The position numbers and the translations under genes were made by a program. A DNA stretch of 64,000 nucleotides, from the IMG/VR virus record IMGVR_UViG_3300042554_001750; one strand, 5' to 3'. This DNA is from a virus (Duplodnaviria; Caudoviricetes). Under the pieces are notes generated by a model. It was given only the letters and a program-made list of their open reading frames with translations. It did no database searches and was not told the DNA's origin. How positions within the stretch are numbered: the first letter of the stretch is position 1; every line of letters starts with the position of its first letter. Shown here in pieces: positions 16,553-26,837 of this stretch.

Positions 16553-18037
16553 TTATGATATAACTTTTACATTATATAGTTTTTCAAAACGGTCGGCATC
16601 AAATCTATCATTGACCATTGGTTCGCCGCGTATATTCAATGAAGTGTTCAGTAATATAGGGCATTCGGTCATTACATACCACTTTTCTAGTAAGTCTCGT
16701 ATTCCTGATCCATCTTTCGGAACAGTTTGTACACGACTAGTCCCATCATAATGAACAATAGCAGGGAACTTGTTTGGAAATTTGCACTTTGCAATAACTT
16801 GCATGTATCTGCTGTTGTTCCAATTTTTAGGCATATCAAAATACTTATGCACATGCTCCTCTAGAATTATAGGGGCAAATGGTCTGAATTTCTGTCTGCG
16901 TTTGATTTCATTTACTTTGTCTTTAATTTCGTTCCCTCTAGGATCTGCTAACAAACTACGGTTGCCTAAGGCTCTTGGGCCAAACTCTGCTTTACCACTA
17001 GCCACACCAACAATACGATCGGTAAAAAGACAATCAAGTATACGGTTAGTAGGATAAGGACCAGGGATATTGTGGCCGAGAAAAGCACTAGTCCAATTAA
17101 GGTGCTTGCGATAACCAAGCGCAGCGGCTCCCAAACTAGAACCGCAATCACCAGGATTAGGCATAATCCATATTTGATCAAAATATTCTCCTAGTAGTCT
17201 GTTAGCAAGACAGTTTAGTGCAACACCGCCGCCATACACTAAATTGCGACTCGCGCCTTTTAGTCTGGCTTTTGACATTACTTCCCGCAATAATTGTTCT
17301 AAGAACACTTGACTAGAGCTTGCAATATCCATTGGATCTGCGTCTTTTAAAAACTCATCATCAGCGCCAATGTGCAGATTTTGTTTAAAGTCAATGGAAT
17401 GCATATTCTCTATAAATTCCGAATGCATCAAATCAGTATACTTGGGTTCTCCGTATGCAGCCATTCCCATAAGAATATATTCTTCATCCATTGGCTTTAA
17501 ACCAACTTTATGAGTCATGGCACTATAAAATAAACCTAAACTGTTTGGATATTGTTTGCTGTATAGTTTTATGTATTTTGCATTACCGTTATTATCGTAA
17601 TATGCATCCCATATTGTTATGGTATCAAATTCTCCAATAGCATCTATAATAACCACTGTAGCATCAGTAAAAGGACTAGTTTGAAAACTAGCTGCGGCAT
17701 GACTTAAATGATGATTATGTTTTTTAATACTTTTTTTGCCCAACATGTTATACATGTTGGGTCCTACTAATTCAGAATCAAACAAATTCAATAAAGAAGG
17801 TTTTTCTCCGGCACGGAGTTGTCTTAGTATCTTATAAAACGGTCTTTCGTAATAATGAAGTTCAAAATCACCAGTTGCATGATTCAACGCATCTTGAACA
17901 ATACTTGCACACAAATTTTTGTCGTGCTTGTGTTTGCTGTATCTTTCACTATGGCTGGCAAAAAGTATATCACCCGTTCCAGAGATGACAGTTAATCCGG
18001 CATCATGAAAACCGTTGCTTATACCTATATAGTTCAT
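16553..18037 (-). CDS. carbamoyltransferase (NodU/CmcH family)
   Basis: GFHDAG, HSERYS, HHLSHAA, IDAIGE, MGMAAYG, GGVALNC, EFGPRALGNRSLLADPR, KRRQKFRPFAP, DGTSRVQTV, LLNTSLN. Confidence 0.95.
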   Translation of the reverse strand: MNYIGISNGFHDAGLTVISGTGDILFASHSERYSKHKHDKNLCASIVQDALNHATGDFELHYYERPFYKILRQLRAGEKPSLLNLFDSELVGPNMYNMLGKKSIKKHNHHLSHAAASFQTSPFTDATVVIIDAIGEFDTITIWDAYYDNNGNAKYIKLYSKQYPNSLGLFYSAMTHKVGLKPMDEEYILMGMAAYGEPKYTDLMHSEFIENMHSIDFKQNLHIGADDEFLKDADPMDIASSSQVFLEQLLREVMSKARLKGASRNLVYGGGVALNCLANRLLGEYFDQIWIMPNPGDCGSSLGAAALGYRKHLNWTSAFLGHNIPGPYPTNRILDCLFTDRIVGVASGKAEFGPRALGNRSLLADPRGNEIKDKVNEIKRRQKFRPFAPIILEEHVHKYFDMPKNWNNSRYMQVIAKCKFPNKFPAIVHYDGTSRVQTVPKDGSGIRDLLEKWYVMTECPILLNTSLNIRGEPMVNDRFDADRFEKLYNVKVIS

Positions 18038-18156
18038 TTGTAAATAAACGGATCGCGCTTTTTAAGTTCTTTGATTTTTTTTCTGTAAGTAATTTCTCGG
18101 TGAACTTTATGATAGTAATTGAATACTAATTCTTTTAGCTTGTTGAATAAACTCAT
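18034..18156 (-). CDS. small basic hypothetical protein (40 aa), not in ORF track
   Basis: MSLFNKLKELVFNYYHKVHREITYRKKIKELKKRDPFIYK*; GAGG RBS; ATGA overlap with the carbamoyltransferase start. Confidence 0.7.
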   Translation of the reverse strand: MSLFNKLKELVFNYYHKVHREITYRKKIKELKKRDPFIYK

Positions 18157-18166
18157 GGGATGAACC

Positions 18167-19249
18167 TCATAACAAATGATGGAAATTGTGATTGATCCGT
18201 TCGGATTTGTTATTTATCTTGTATAATTCAGCTAGGAAATCTTTAAACTGTGGGTGTGCAGGATCAAAGATTGAAATATTACTAATGTCTTTAATCGTAT
18301 ACGCACCGGTATTCCAATGTACTATTTGTCTATAATTGATACTAAAAGTAAACGATGCCTTTTCAAAAATTTCCAACATCAAATTATAAAAAATTTCCAT
18401 TTCTTTATAATTGTATTGAGAAACAACCATTGACAATGTTAGATGTTCAAGCGTAGTTTGTGTTCGTAAAAACTTTAAATTCTCAATTAGTGCATCCCAA
18501 TCACCATTCAATCTGGTAATATTTTCATAAGTATGTTTTGTGCCAGCGTCAATACTTATTTCCATTGTTTTAATAAAGGGCTTGGCTTTTAACTTATCCC
18601 ACATTTTTTCAGTCAACAATACACCATTGGTAATAATGTGTATTCTTTCAAGATTGGGATACTTACTAGCATCAAAATTTATAAGATAATCTCTGTATAA
18701 CTTGCTATAAAAGGGATCACCACTTCCCGTAATCATTATAACCTTAGCAGATTCACTAAATTCGTTATCTACTGCATCTAGTAAATATTTTTTTGTTTTA
18801 TGACTTTCAGATTCAAGGTCATCGTTAGGAACAAAATCTTTTCTGCATGAGGGACATTTTAAGTTGCAACTTCTATCAAATCCAAATAATATTTGTTCTG
18901 GAAATCCTGAATAATTTTCTAAATCATATGATTGTTGAAATTCTTCAATCGTTATAAAGTCCTTAGGCTTTACACCCGTGTTTACAAGTTGTGACAACTG
19001 AGGGCATACTTTATGGTCACAAAACTTATAAGTACCATCAGTTACTGACTCTCTAATATCTTTTACGGTCTGTGAAAACCAACTTTGTTTTAGTGTTTCG
19101 GTATCATTAAAGTTTGTGTTATTTTGTCTGATATTTGTAGGACACCAGCTGGGGCAACACACCCACTGAGTATCCTGCTGTATATCAATGTACTTAAAAG
19201 GATTTAAACAGACATACTTTTTAAGTATGTCTTTATTTTCTTGTTTCAT
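18167..19249 (-). CDS. radical SAM protein with extra N-terminal Cys cluster
   Basis: RSCNLKCPSC (CxxxCxxC), TGSGDPF, ITNG, ISIDAG; N-terminal VCCPSWC and CDHKVCP. Confidence 0.88.
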   Translation of the reverse strand: MKQENKDILKKYVCLNPFKYIDIQQDTQWVCCPSWCPTNIRQNNTNFNDTETLKQSWFSQTVKDIRESVTDGTYKFCDHKVCPQLSQLVNTGVKPKDFITIEEFQQSYDLENYSGFPEQILFGFDRSCNLKCPSCRKDFVPNDDLESESHKTKKYLLDAVDNEFSESAKVIMITGSGDPFYSKLYRDYLINFDASKYPNLERIHIITNGVLLTEKMWDKLKAKPFIKTMEISIDAGTKHTYENITRLNGDWDALIENLKFLRTQTTLEHLTLSMVVSQYNYKEMEIFYNLMLEIFEKASFTFSINYRQIVHWNTGAYTIKDISNISIFDPAHPQFKDFLAELYKINNKSERINHNFHHLL

Positions 19250-20105
19250 AATGGAAGGGATCTCTTGCCTGTAACTCAGCCATCATTTGTTTGAAATTTT
19301 CTTCGGAGGTCTGATCTATTGTAGGACTATTTTCAAGATTTTGATCAAGCCAATCTTTCAACATTTTAGCATATTCTTGATGAGCAAAATAACCTGGATG
19401 AGGATCATCAGAATATCCCTTAATTTCATCACAAACAAATTTATTATTATCTCTTGAATATGCCAATATATTACTATAAAATAAATCGTTTTTATTGAAA
19501 AACTTATCATAAAATTTATACATATAACCGTGCATAAGTTTTATTGCAATATTGTTAGATTTACAAAACAAGTATAATCCAATCATGTCCCGGCTTATTT
19601 TTTTCCAAAACTCAAAAGTGTTATGAAATTTTTCAAAGTAGTGTTTAAAATCTTCTTGGACATCATCTACGCCTTCTGGGCGAGGATTATAGCAAGGAGT
19701 AGCGTATGCAAATTTTTGTGTGCTTAATTCTGAATTACAAATAAAGTATTTGCCCCAGTCATTGTAATACAGTTCACTTCTTCCGGGATCGGGCATTTCT
19801 AAAAACAAAAATAATCTATGACGATTATCCCAGTTTTTTTCCAAAAATTCATAAGTCATTCTTATGACTCTATCCAATCCTCCCCCACACTCGGCTTCAT
19901 TGACACATTGTATGTTAATCAGTTTAGATAGCATGGCTCCATAATTTGCTTCAGTGCGTGTATCACTCCAAGATACATTATACAAGGTTTTGTAGCCCTC
20001 TAAACATTTTTCATTCCATGGTGCGATAGTGGTATCTTCTAATCCGCCCCCCATAGTATATGAGCTACCATTGATGTAAAATAAGTCGTAACCTTTATAA
20101 CTCAT
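19233..20105 (-). CDS. SGNH/GDSL-like hydrolase-fold protein
   Basis: INGSSYTMG block I and C-terminal DDPHPG (DxH). Confidence 0.55.
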   Translation of the reverse strand: MSYKGYDLFYINGSSYTMGGGLEDTTIAPWNEKCLEGYKTLYNVSWSDTRTEANYGAMLSKLINIQCVNEAECGGGLDRVIRMTYEFLEKNWDNRHRLFLFLEMPDPGRSELYYNDWGKYFICNSELSTQKFAYATPCYNPRPEGVDDVQEDFKHYFEKFHNTFEFWKKISRDMIGLYLFCKSNNIAIKLMHGYMYKFYDKFFNKNDLFYSNILAYSRDNNKFVCDEIKGYSDDPHPGYFAHQEYAKMLKDWLDQNLENSPTIDQTSEENFKQMMAELQARDPFHYETRK

Positions 20106-20641
20106 GATGCATAATATAATTCAGGGTATTCTACTAATACATGCACTCCGCCGTTTTGATATGCCTCTAGATAAGATTTTTCAATCAAATTATATGAAGT
20201 CAAATCATAAAAAGAAATATTTTTACACATGTTTTTGAATTCATTAATATAATTACCCTTATGTTGATGACCCGGATCTAGTGGCTTATCTGACCCTTTA
20301 CCCAATCTAATTATTAAATTAATTTTATGGCCGGTCATAAGTTCGTATTTGTCTACATGATTAATCAATTGATTGGCTGCACAAATAATAAAATCCCATC
20401 TTGGATAAAAAGTAATAACAGTTTTGCCTGTCATTGCAATGCCCAAACTCATTCCCATTTGAGTTTCTTCCATTACGGGAAGCTCTATCATTTTTTCTTT
20501 TGGCACATTATTAAGTGTTGTGCTCATTGGATTGCCAGCGTACAATATCTGCTGTCCAATAAAAATTGTATCCCCCTTGGTGCCCAATTCTGTCATTACT
20601 GACGACAATGCATCTTTATATACAGAATTATTGTCGCTCAT
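20102..20641 (-). CDS. TPP enzyme beta-type subunit (transketolase/PDH E1 beta pyrimidine-binding domain only)
   Basis: FIGQ, IELPVMEETQMGMSLGIA, RWDFIICAANQLINH, GHQH; only 179 aa. Confidence 0.8.
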   Translation of the reverse strand: MSDNNSVYKDALSSVMTELGTKGDTIFIGQQILYAGNPMSTTLNNVPKEKMIELPVMEETQMGMSLGIAMTGKTVITFYPRWDFIICAANQLINHVDKYELMTGHKINLIIRLGKGSDKPLDPGHQHKGNYINEFKNMCKNISFYDLTSYNLIEKSYLEAYQNGGVHVLVEYPELYYAS

Positions 20642-21470
20642 ATTGATCCAACTTTTCTATGATGTTTTTTGCCATTACTTGATGACATTCTAATGAAGGA
20701 TGATGATCTTTGGGAGGATCTTCAAAGAAAACGGTATCTCCATTAATAACCAAATTCCTATTTTCTTTCATCATCGTTTCCATACAATCGTATTTTTGAT
20801 TGTTATAGTTTATTTCCATAAATCTTTTGTTCAACCATTCATCTTGCTTGATATACTGTACAAAGTCTACAGGCCAAGAATAAATTATAGTTTTTATTCC
20901 CTTGCTTTCAAAATGCATTAAAAACTTTTTTACTTTCATCAAACTGTGTTGGATATATCTTGCTGATAACTCATCAAAGGTGTAATTTTTATCTCTAATG
21001 TATTTAAAAAAGTTTATAGACTCAACCGACCCGTCGTTCAATAAGTCTTGCCAAGAAAATGTAAAGTTATGTCCATCTTCTATAACTTGTTTTTTATCCC
21101 GAGTCCAGTATGTTAGTTGGTACACAAGGTATTTTACCTCATTGTATCCGTAACAGTTACGGTCAGCCATTGGTTTTTCACCCTGAAATAATTCATAAAA
21201 ATAGCCCATAATTGAATCATTTGATCCGCCGTTATTTTTCTGAACTATTTCAAATGTATTAAAATGATTCGCAACTAATCTCGCGCCTCGCACAGAATCT
21301 TTGAAATTAAATTGTGCTTGAGTTAACAATGACTCATTGTATGCATCCGGTGCAGGTTCATCTAATGTAGGTAAGTTACTGTAATAATATAGTCCTTGAC
21401 CCCAAGTAAATGAACAGCCAGCAAATGCTATCCCTTTCCTAATATTAGTATTTGGTTTTACTTTAAACAT
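20628..21470 (-). CDS. SGNH/GDSL-like hydrolase-fold protein
   Basis: FAGCSFTWGQG, GGSND, C-terminal KDHHPS. Confidence 0.6.
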   Translation of the reverse strand: MFKVKPNTNIRKGIAFAGCSFTWGQGLYYYSNLPTLDEPAPDAYNESLLTQAQFNFKDSVRGARLVANHFNTFEIVQKNNGGSNDSIMGYFYELFQGEKPMADRNCYGYNEVKYLVYQLTYWTRDKKQVIEDGHNFTFSWQDLLNDGSVESINFFKYIRDKNYTFDELSARYIQHSLMKVKKFLMHFESKGIKTIIYSWPVDFVQYIKQDEWLNKRFMEINYNNQKYDCMETMMKENRNLVINGDTVFFEDPPKDHHPSLECHQVMAKNIIEKLDQYERQ

Positions 21471-21888
21471 TTTGATCTCGTTGACTCCAACTGATTTCCC
21501 AGTCTTTAAATTCGGCTGCTAAACAATCTACTTTGTAATCTTTTCTGCCACCAATCGCTTCTTGAATTACATTTTTAGCTGTATTTCGTATACCATTTAA
21601 TCCATGAGTTAACTCTAGATTATTACCATCTTTAATTCCACGCCGATAATTACTTTCATTATGCCAAATATGCAAGTTCATTTGAGACACAACAACTACT
21701 GCTCGTATTGTTTCAGCAGTAATTACACCATTATTCTCATCTAAAATCATTTGTATATCGTGTACAATATCTGCAATTTCTTGAGAATATGCTTCTTTAT
21801 GTTCGGGTATAAACACTTCTTTAAGTTGAACAATACTTAAACGGTCAATTAAATCACCAAGTGAATGTAGATATCGGCGCTGTTTCAT
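21463..21888 (-). CDS. hypothetical protein of the sugar cluster
   Basis: ORF track; LGDLIDRLSIVQLK helical motif; translationally coupled. Confidence 0.65.
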   Translation of the reverse strand: MKQRRYLHSLGDLIDRLSIVQLKEVFIPEHKEAYSQEIADIVHDIQMILDENNGVITAETIRAVVVVSQMNLHIWHNESNYRRGIKDGNNLELTHGLNGIRNTAKNVIQEAIGGRKDYKVDCLAAEFKDWEISWSQRDQNV

Positions 21889-22820
21889 AAGTTTGTAAAG
21901 TTTCTATTATTGTGATTTATCGTCATTTGATATGCACTAATTAATTGTTGGATTCCATAATCTAAACTAAAACTTGGTCTCCAACCCAAACTTTCTAGTT
22001 TTTGATTACTAACAATATAATTTCTCTTATCAAAATCTTCTTTGAACTCATCCTGCTTGATTACCAAAGACGGGACATGTTCTTTTATCTTATTTGCTAA
22101 TTCTAACTTGCTTAAGTTAGCATCAGACAACCCAACATTATATACATTATGGTTGCAAATATTATAATTGGATACCATGAACAAAAATGTTTGAGCTATG
22201 TCTTGCACATGTATATAATTTCTTTTGAAGTTTGCCTCAAACAATACTAGGTAACCATCTGTGACTGATTTATAAACAAAGTCATTGACCAATAAATCCT
22301 GTCTCATACGAGGGCTAACACCAAATACGGTAGCCAAACGCAATACAATACCATTACTTTTATCTAGCACATATTGTTCAGCATCGCACTTTGTCTGCGC
22401 ATATAGACTTAACGGCTTGAATGGGCTATCTTCAGTAATAATTGAATCGCTAGATCCATATTGACTGTTTGTATTGGGTATTATCAATTTCTGATCGTTA
22501 CTTAACCAATCCACGATGTTTTTGATTTGTTTATAATTAACATCAACCGTAAGCTCTGGATTGGATTTGCATGCAGGCATGCCAACAATCGCTGCTAACG
22601 GAATCACTATATCATGTGTAGTAACCAGTTCTTTTAGCAATTCGGTATTACGCACATCACCTTGAACAAACTTAAATTTTTCATGCTTGAATAGATGCAA
22701 CAAGCTAAGTTGCTTGTACATTAAGTTGTCCAAAACCGTAACTTCATACTGTTGCTGTAAAAAGTATTCGGCCATAGTAGAGCCCAAATAGCCGGCGCCG
22801 CCTGTAATTAAAACCTTCAT
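21885..22820 (-). CDS. NAD-dependent epimerase/dehydratase (extended SDR)
   Basis: ITGGAGYLG, YAQTK (YxxxK), LRLATVFGVSPRMR, RNYIHVQD. Confidence 0.9.
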   Translation of the reverse strand: MKVLITGGAGYLGSTMAEYFLQQQYEVTVLDNLMYKQLSLLHLFKHEKFKFVQGDVRNTELLKELVTTHDIVIPLAAIVGMPACKSNPELTVDVNYKQIKNIVDWLSNDQKLIIPNTNSQYGSSDSIITEDSPFKPLSLYAQTKCDAEQYVLDKSNGIVLRLATVFGVSPRMRQDLLVNDFVYKSVTDGYLVLFEANFKRNYIHVQDIAQTFLFMVSNYNICNHNVYNVGLSDANLSKLELANKIKEHVPSLVIKQDEFKEDFDKRNYIVSNQKLESLGWRPSFSLDYGIQQLISAYQMTINHNNRNFTNL

Positions 22821-22828
22821 AGCAGTAT

Positions 22829-23821
22829 TTACGGCTTACTGTTTGGATTGAATAAATTTTTGTTAGCTTTGTACCAATCTAGAGTTAATTTCAACCCCTC
22901 TTCAATTGTGAACTTGGGAGTCCAGCCTAATTGATTGATTTTCTTAGATGACAACAATCTTTTCGGTATCATAGGAGCCTTGTTGTTTACATATTCAACA
23001 GGATTATTGTTGTTTTCTATCTTTTTCAAGGTATCTAATATTTCATTTACGGTATACCCTTCACCATAACATACATTGTATATGTCGTATTTGTCTACTT
23101 TTTCAGCAACAAAAATAATACCTTCAGCCATATCTTCAACATACAACAAATCACGGACTTCAGTGCCGTCGCCCCATACTGGTATAGGATTAAGATTGTC
23201 TGCAACTTTTCTTATATTAGCTGGAGTAACGTGACACTTTTCATAATCAAACTTATCATTGGGACCAAACGCATTGCTAGGCCTAATGATGACACATTGC
23301 ATTGGATCATGGATTTGATTGGAAAAGAACTCGCAAAGTTGCTCACCATATCTTTTCATTCCACCTACAGCTTTGTATATGGGAACTAAATCTGTCTTGT
23401 GAATATCAAGGTCTTCAGCGCAATAGCCGTCCTTCAAATCGGGATATGTAGTATTAGAACTTATGAACACAAACTTTTTAACTTTGTTTCTCCAACTTTG
23501 TTCCAAAAGATTTGTATTCATTTCCACATTGGGTGTTACATGTAACAATGGATTTACTTTTGTATCCAATGCGTTAGATGTGTTCGCTGAACAATGTATA
23601 ACCACATCTATGTCTTTAGTGATTTCATTGCAAAATTCTGCATCTCGCAAATCACCTTTAAGGTTAGTTATATTTTTAGAGCCATCAAAATCAAATTTTG
23701 GTTCTCTAGAAAATGTTGTGGTTACAATATTAGTGTAGCCTTTTTGATGAAGTAGTTTTAAAATATTTGAGCCTATAAAACCACTCACGCCTGTTAATAA
23801 TATTCTACTGTTTTTATTCAT
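22829..23821 (-). CDS. GDP-L-fucose synthase-like epimerase/reductase (extended SDR)
   Basis: LTGVSGFIG, FISSNTTYP, RPSNAFGPND, VWGDGTEVRDLLYVED. Confidence 0.85.
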   Translation of the reverse strand: MNKNSRILLTGVSGFIGSNILKLLHQKGYTNIVTTTFSREPKFDFDGSKNITNLKGDLRDAEFCNEITKDIDVVIHCSANTSNALDTKVNPLLHVTPNVEMNTNLLEQSWRNKVKKFVFISSNTTYPDLKDGYCAEDLDIHKTDLVPIYKAVGGMKRYGEQLCEFFSNQIHDPMQCVIIRPSNAFGPNDKFDYEKCHVTPANIRKVADNLNPIPVWGDGTEVRDLLYVEDMAEGIIFVAEKVDKYDIYNVCYGEGYTVNEILDTLKKIENNNNPVEYVNNKAPMIPKRLLSSKKINQLGWTPKFTIEEGLKLTLDWYKANKNLFNPNSKP

Positions 23822-24807
23822 AATTCCTCATTTAAGTGTTTTTGTTGATACTTTTTTACAGTATGTTCTATGCCATCCTTAAGGGATGTTTTCGGCACTA
23901 TGCCATACTGCACTTGCTTGTCAGCCGACAAACATCTAAGCAAATCACCATTTGGTTTAGTAGTATCCCAAATAATTTCTTTTCTTGTTCCGGTTAATTT
24001 TTCATAGACTTCTACTATAGTTTCAATTGTTTCTTTTATTGATACTGCTTTACCACAACCAAAGTTTATAGTATCTTTTACTTCTTTTTTAACTGTGTCA
24101 ATCGCAGCTTGTGCTACATCATCACCGAAAACGAAGTCTCGTTTCGCGGACCCATCGCCCCAACAAATCATTTTGTCAGTATTAAATAGTTTCCAAATAT
24201 TTGAACTTATTACTGTGGCATCTTGTGCGAAGTTGTCATTCTTTCCATAAATGTTAGAGGGGCGAATGATAGTATATCTATCAAAATTATACTGAATCTT
24301 TAGAGCATCTAACGCCAACTCTCCTATGCGTTTTGCCCAACCCGGATGCCAATCATTTTTGCTAGGCATTGTTTCCCAAACAGTATCTTCAACCATCACA
24401 TCTGCCGGAGCATATACGCCCACACTTGACATGTATACTAGCCATTCAACATTTGCTTCAAATGCTGCTTTAAAAATATTCGTATTAAACATTAGCATAG
24501 GAAACATATAATCTGCCGGCGATGTTTTTGTTCTCTGGGGCGATCCCTTGATGCCTGCTAAGTGTAAAACAACATGTATATTTTTATTTTTAAATAGGTT
24601 CTCGCAGTTGGTCAAATAGCACAAATCAGTTTGAACTAATTCAATAATGTCAGGATTTAACTGTTGTAATGCGATTAATTCTTGATTAAACCGTAAGTCA
24701 ACTGCGTAAATTTTGCTAACATTTTCATTTAATAATTTTTCAACGGTCGGTAGTCCAACTAATCCGTTAGCTCCAGTAACAACAACATTTTTATTTTGTA
24801 AATTCAT
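23818..24807 (-). CDS. GDP-L-fucose synthase-like epimerase/reductase (extended SDR)
   Basis: VTGANGLVG, HLAGIKG, YMSSVGVY, GWAKR, RPSNIYG, WGDGSAKRDFVF, KPNG. Confidence 0.85.
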   Translation of the reverse strand: MNLQNKNVVVTGANGLVGLPTVEKLLNENVSKIYAVDLRFNQELIALQQLNPDIIELVQTDLCYLTNCENLFKNKNIHVVLHLAGIKGSPQRTKTSPADYMFPMLMFNTNIFKAAFEANVEWLVYMSSVGVYAPADVMVEDTVWETMPSKNDWHPGWAKRIGELALDALKIQYNFDRYTIIRPSNIYGKNDNFAQDATVISSNIWKLFNTDKMICWGDGSAKRDFVFGDDVAQAAIDTVKKEVKDTINFGCGKAVSIKETIETIVEVYEKLTGTRKEIIWDTTKPNGDLLRCLSADKQVQYGIVPKTSLKDGIEHTVKKYQQKHLNEEL

Positions 24808-26230
24808 TTTTATATATTATTCCGGCGTCCTTAATCACCTGTTTGAAAACTTCATAATGAGAAAATGTTTGAAGATGTTTTTGGTTGTGAACCAAAATAT
24901 CAATAATTGAATAATACCATTCGTGAAGTTGATTGATGGGCATATTATTTAGTTGTATAACCTGATCTCCTGCTAATTTCATTCTCTTTAATGGATCAGG
25001 TTCTTCATCGTATGACTCATCAATAAAAGGAGAAAAAGTTTTAAAGCCCAAATCTTTCAATGTTTTTAATGCATGGTAGTCTCCGAAATACACGAAAGGC
25101 TGCAAATTCATAAAAGGTCTTACTGTTTTTTCTGAAAAGAAAGGAGTAAATTTTTCGTTGTTCATACATGTTTCACTTACAATATGAACATATGTGCTAC
25201 TATAAAAATCTTTATTGTAATTGTCTACTGTACCAAATCCAGATAATTCTTTATATGACAAATGCTGGGTATCCAATTGAATCGGAACTCTAGATTTTAA
25301 GTCATCAATATATTTGTTAATATTAAGTTGATCTAAACCGTTCAAAATGTTTTTTATGTTGTAAAAATTGTTAGCAATGTTATTGATATCATTGATAACT
25401 AAAAAACTAAAATAACTGTTTTCGTATAGTTTATGCTTCAAGTATAGATAAGCCAAATAAATCCTGTGGCTTTTTCCATAATGCCTATTAAAGCATAAAA
25501 AACGTTTAGTTCTGGGTATACCGGTTAGCTCTTGCTCTCTAACTAAATCAGATATATATCCCAATTGTGTCTGTCGGGGGTACCGACTGAATAATTTTCC
25601 ACCCTCATATAGTGCCAAAATACCAGTGACTGTATTGTATTCAGAATCAAGTTGCTTATTGCCAGCAATGAATATTGGATTATTTTTAGGTATGCCAACT
25701 TTTTCTAAATTTGACATAAAAAATTCTAAGTGTCTATCATGATGGCAAGGATCTTGAATTCCACAAATCAATAGCCTTACTTTGTTCGTTTTGAGTAATG
25801 AAACTATTTTTTTCGGTAAGCTATCTGTAAAGGAACATTTGGTTTCCGATCCATCAACATTAACACAATAATCATTGTACAGAACATGATTACCCTTGTT
25901 AGTTTCAATGGGGTAGAAATAAACATTGTCATCGTCTTTTATTTCATTTTCGTTGACAAAACAAGTGTCTATAAAAAACTCATTTAAATATGTCATCAAT
26001 AAAGAATGCCCAAGCATGAAAAAATTTTCATATTCAGGATATTTTTCAAGAATCTTTTTTTCTAGGTTCTCTTGGCTTCCAAATCCTACCTGAATTGTTT
26101 CATTGTAGAATTTATAGTATTGTTTAATACCTTCGGGATGTATACCATTGGCTATAGGAAAATTGCCACGCGGTGTTTTTAACCAATGCGTGTATACAAA
26201 CTTAAAATGCGATCCATTTACCAGAGCCAT
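24791..26230 (-). CDS. hypothetical, putative GT-B glycosyltransferase; paralog of 27380-28795
   Basis: FLCFNR..HR, HIVSET, FSEKTVRPF..QPF..FG, LGFKTFSPFIDESYD shared with the paralog. Confidence 0.55.
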   Translation of the reverse strand: MALVNGSHFKFVYTHWLKTPRGNFPIANGIHPEGIKQYYKFYNETIQVGFGSQENLEKKILEKYPEYENFFMLGHSLLMTYLNEFFIDTCFVNENEIKDDDNVYFYPIETNKGNHVLYNDYCVNVDGSETKCSFTDSLPKKIVSLLKTNKVRLLICGIQDPCHHDRHLEFFMSNLEKVGIPKNNPIFIAGNKQLDSEYNTVTGILALYEGGKLFSRYPRQTQLGYISDLVREQELTGIPRTKRFLCFNRHYGKSHRIYLAYLYLKHKLYENSYFSFLVINDINNIANNFYNIKNILNGLDQLNINKYIDDLKSRVPIQLDTQHLSYKELSGFGTVDNYNKDFYSSTYVHIVSETCMNNEKFTPFFSEKTVRPFMNLQPFVYFGDYHALKTLKDLGFKTFSPFIDESYDEEPDPLKRMKLAGDQVIQLNNMPINQLHEWYYSIIDILVHNQKHLQTFSHYEVFKQVIKDAGIIYKNEFTK

Positions 26231-26831
26231 AATGCGGGTATTTTGATTTGTATGTGTAGTAAATTACATCATCGGGTATGTCACGTTGCACATTCCATGT
26301 TTTAACTGTCGGTGTGTAAGTTGAAATTCCATTATCTTCAACGACAAAGTATAAAGGTAAATCAAAATTTCTAGCGTACTTGTGCACCTCATAAAATGCA
26401 CCAGTTTCAAAACACATATCACCGATGAAACACCAGACCTTTTCTTGTTTATTATCTAATTTAATTGATTGAGCTACACCCAATGCTATAGATAATGTTG
26501 ATGCCACGATAGCAGACGAATAAAACTTTTCTTCATGATTGCATATTGTAATTGATTTTCCTTTAAGTATTTCTTCTTCAAGCCAACTAGTATCAAGACC
26601 TTTTAAAAGTGCGTGATAATGGGATCTCCATGTACTAAAAACCCAATCATTTTTATCTATTCTTTTAAAAATTTCAATTAATGGATTCTCATTACCATTA
26701 CTCAAATGTACCGGGCCTCTGATTTTGGCATTTTCCCAATGGTCTATGATCTTAAGTTCAAAATCAATAAGGTCATTTTCAGTAAATCCAATATCTCTAA
26801 CTATTGGATAATTTTGCAAGTTTTTAATCAT
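26202..26831 (-). CDS. TPP enzyme alpha-type subunit (PDH E1 alpha-like)
   Basis: HLSNGNE, STWRSHYHAL, TPP-binding motif FIGD...VVEDNG. Confidence 0.8.
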   Translation of the reverse strand: MIKNLQNYPIVRDIGFTENDLIDFELKIIDHWENAKIRGPVHLSNGNENPLIEIFKRIDKNDWVFSTWRSHYHALLKGLDTSWLEEEILKGKSITICNHEEKFYSSAIVASTLSIALGVAQSIKLDNKQEKVWCFIGDMCFETGAFYEVHKYARNFDLPLYFVVEDNGISTYTPTVKTWNVQRDIPDDVIYYTYKSKYPHYGSGKWIAF

Positions 26832-26837
26832 AGATGT

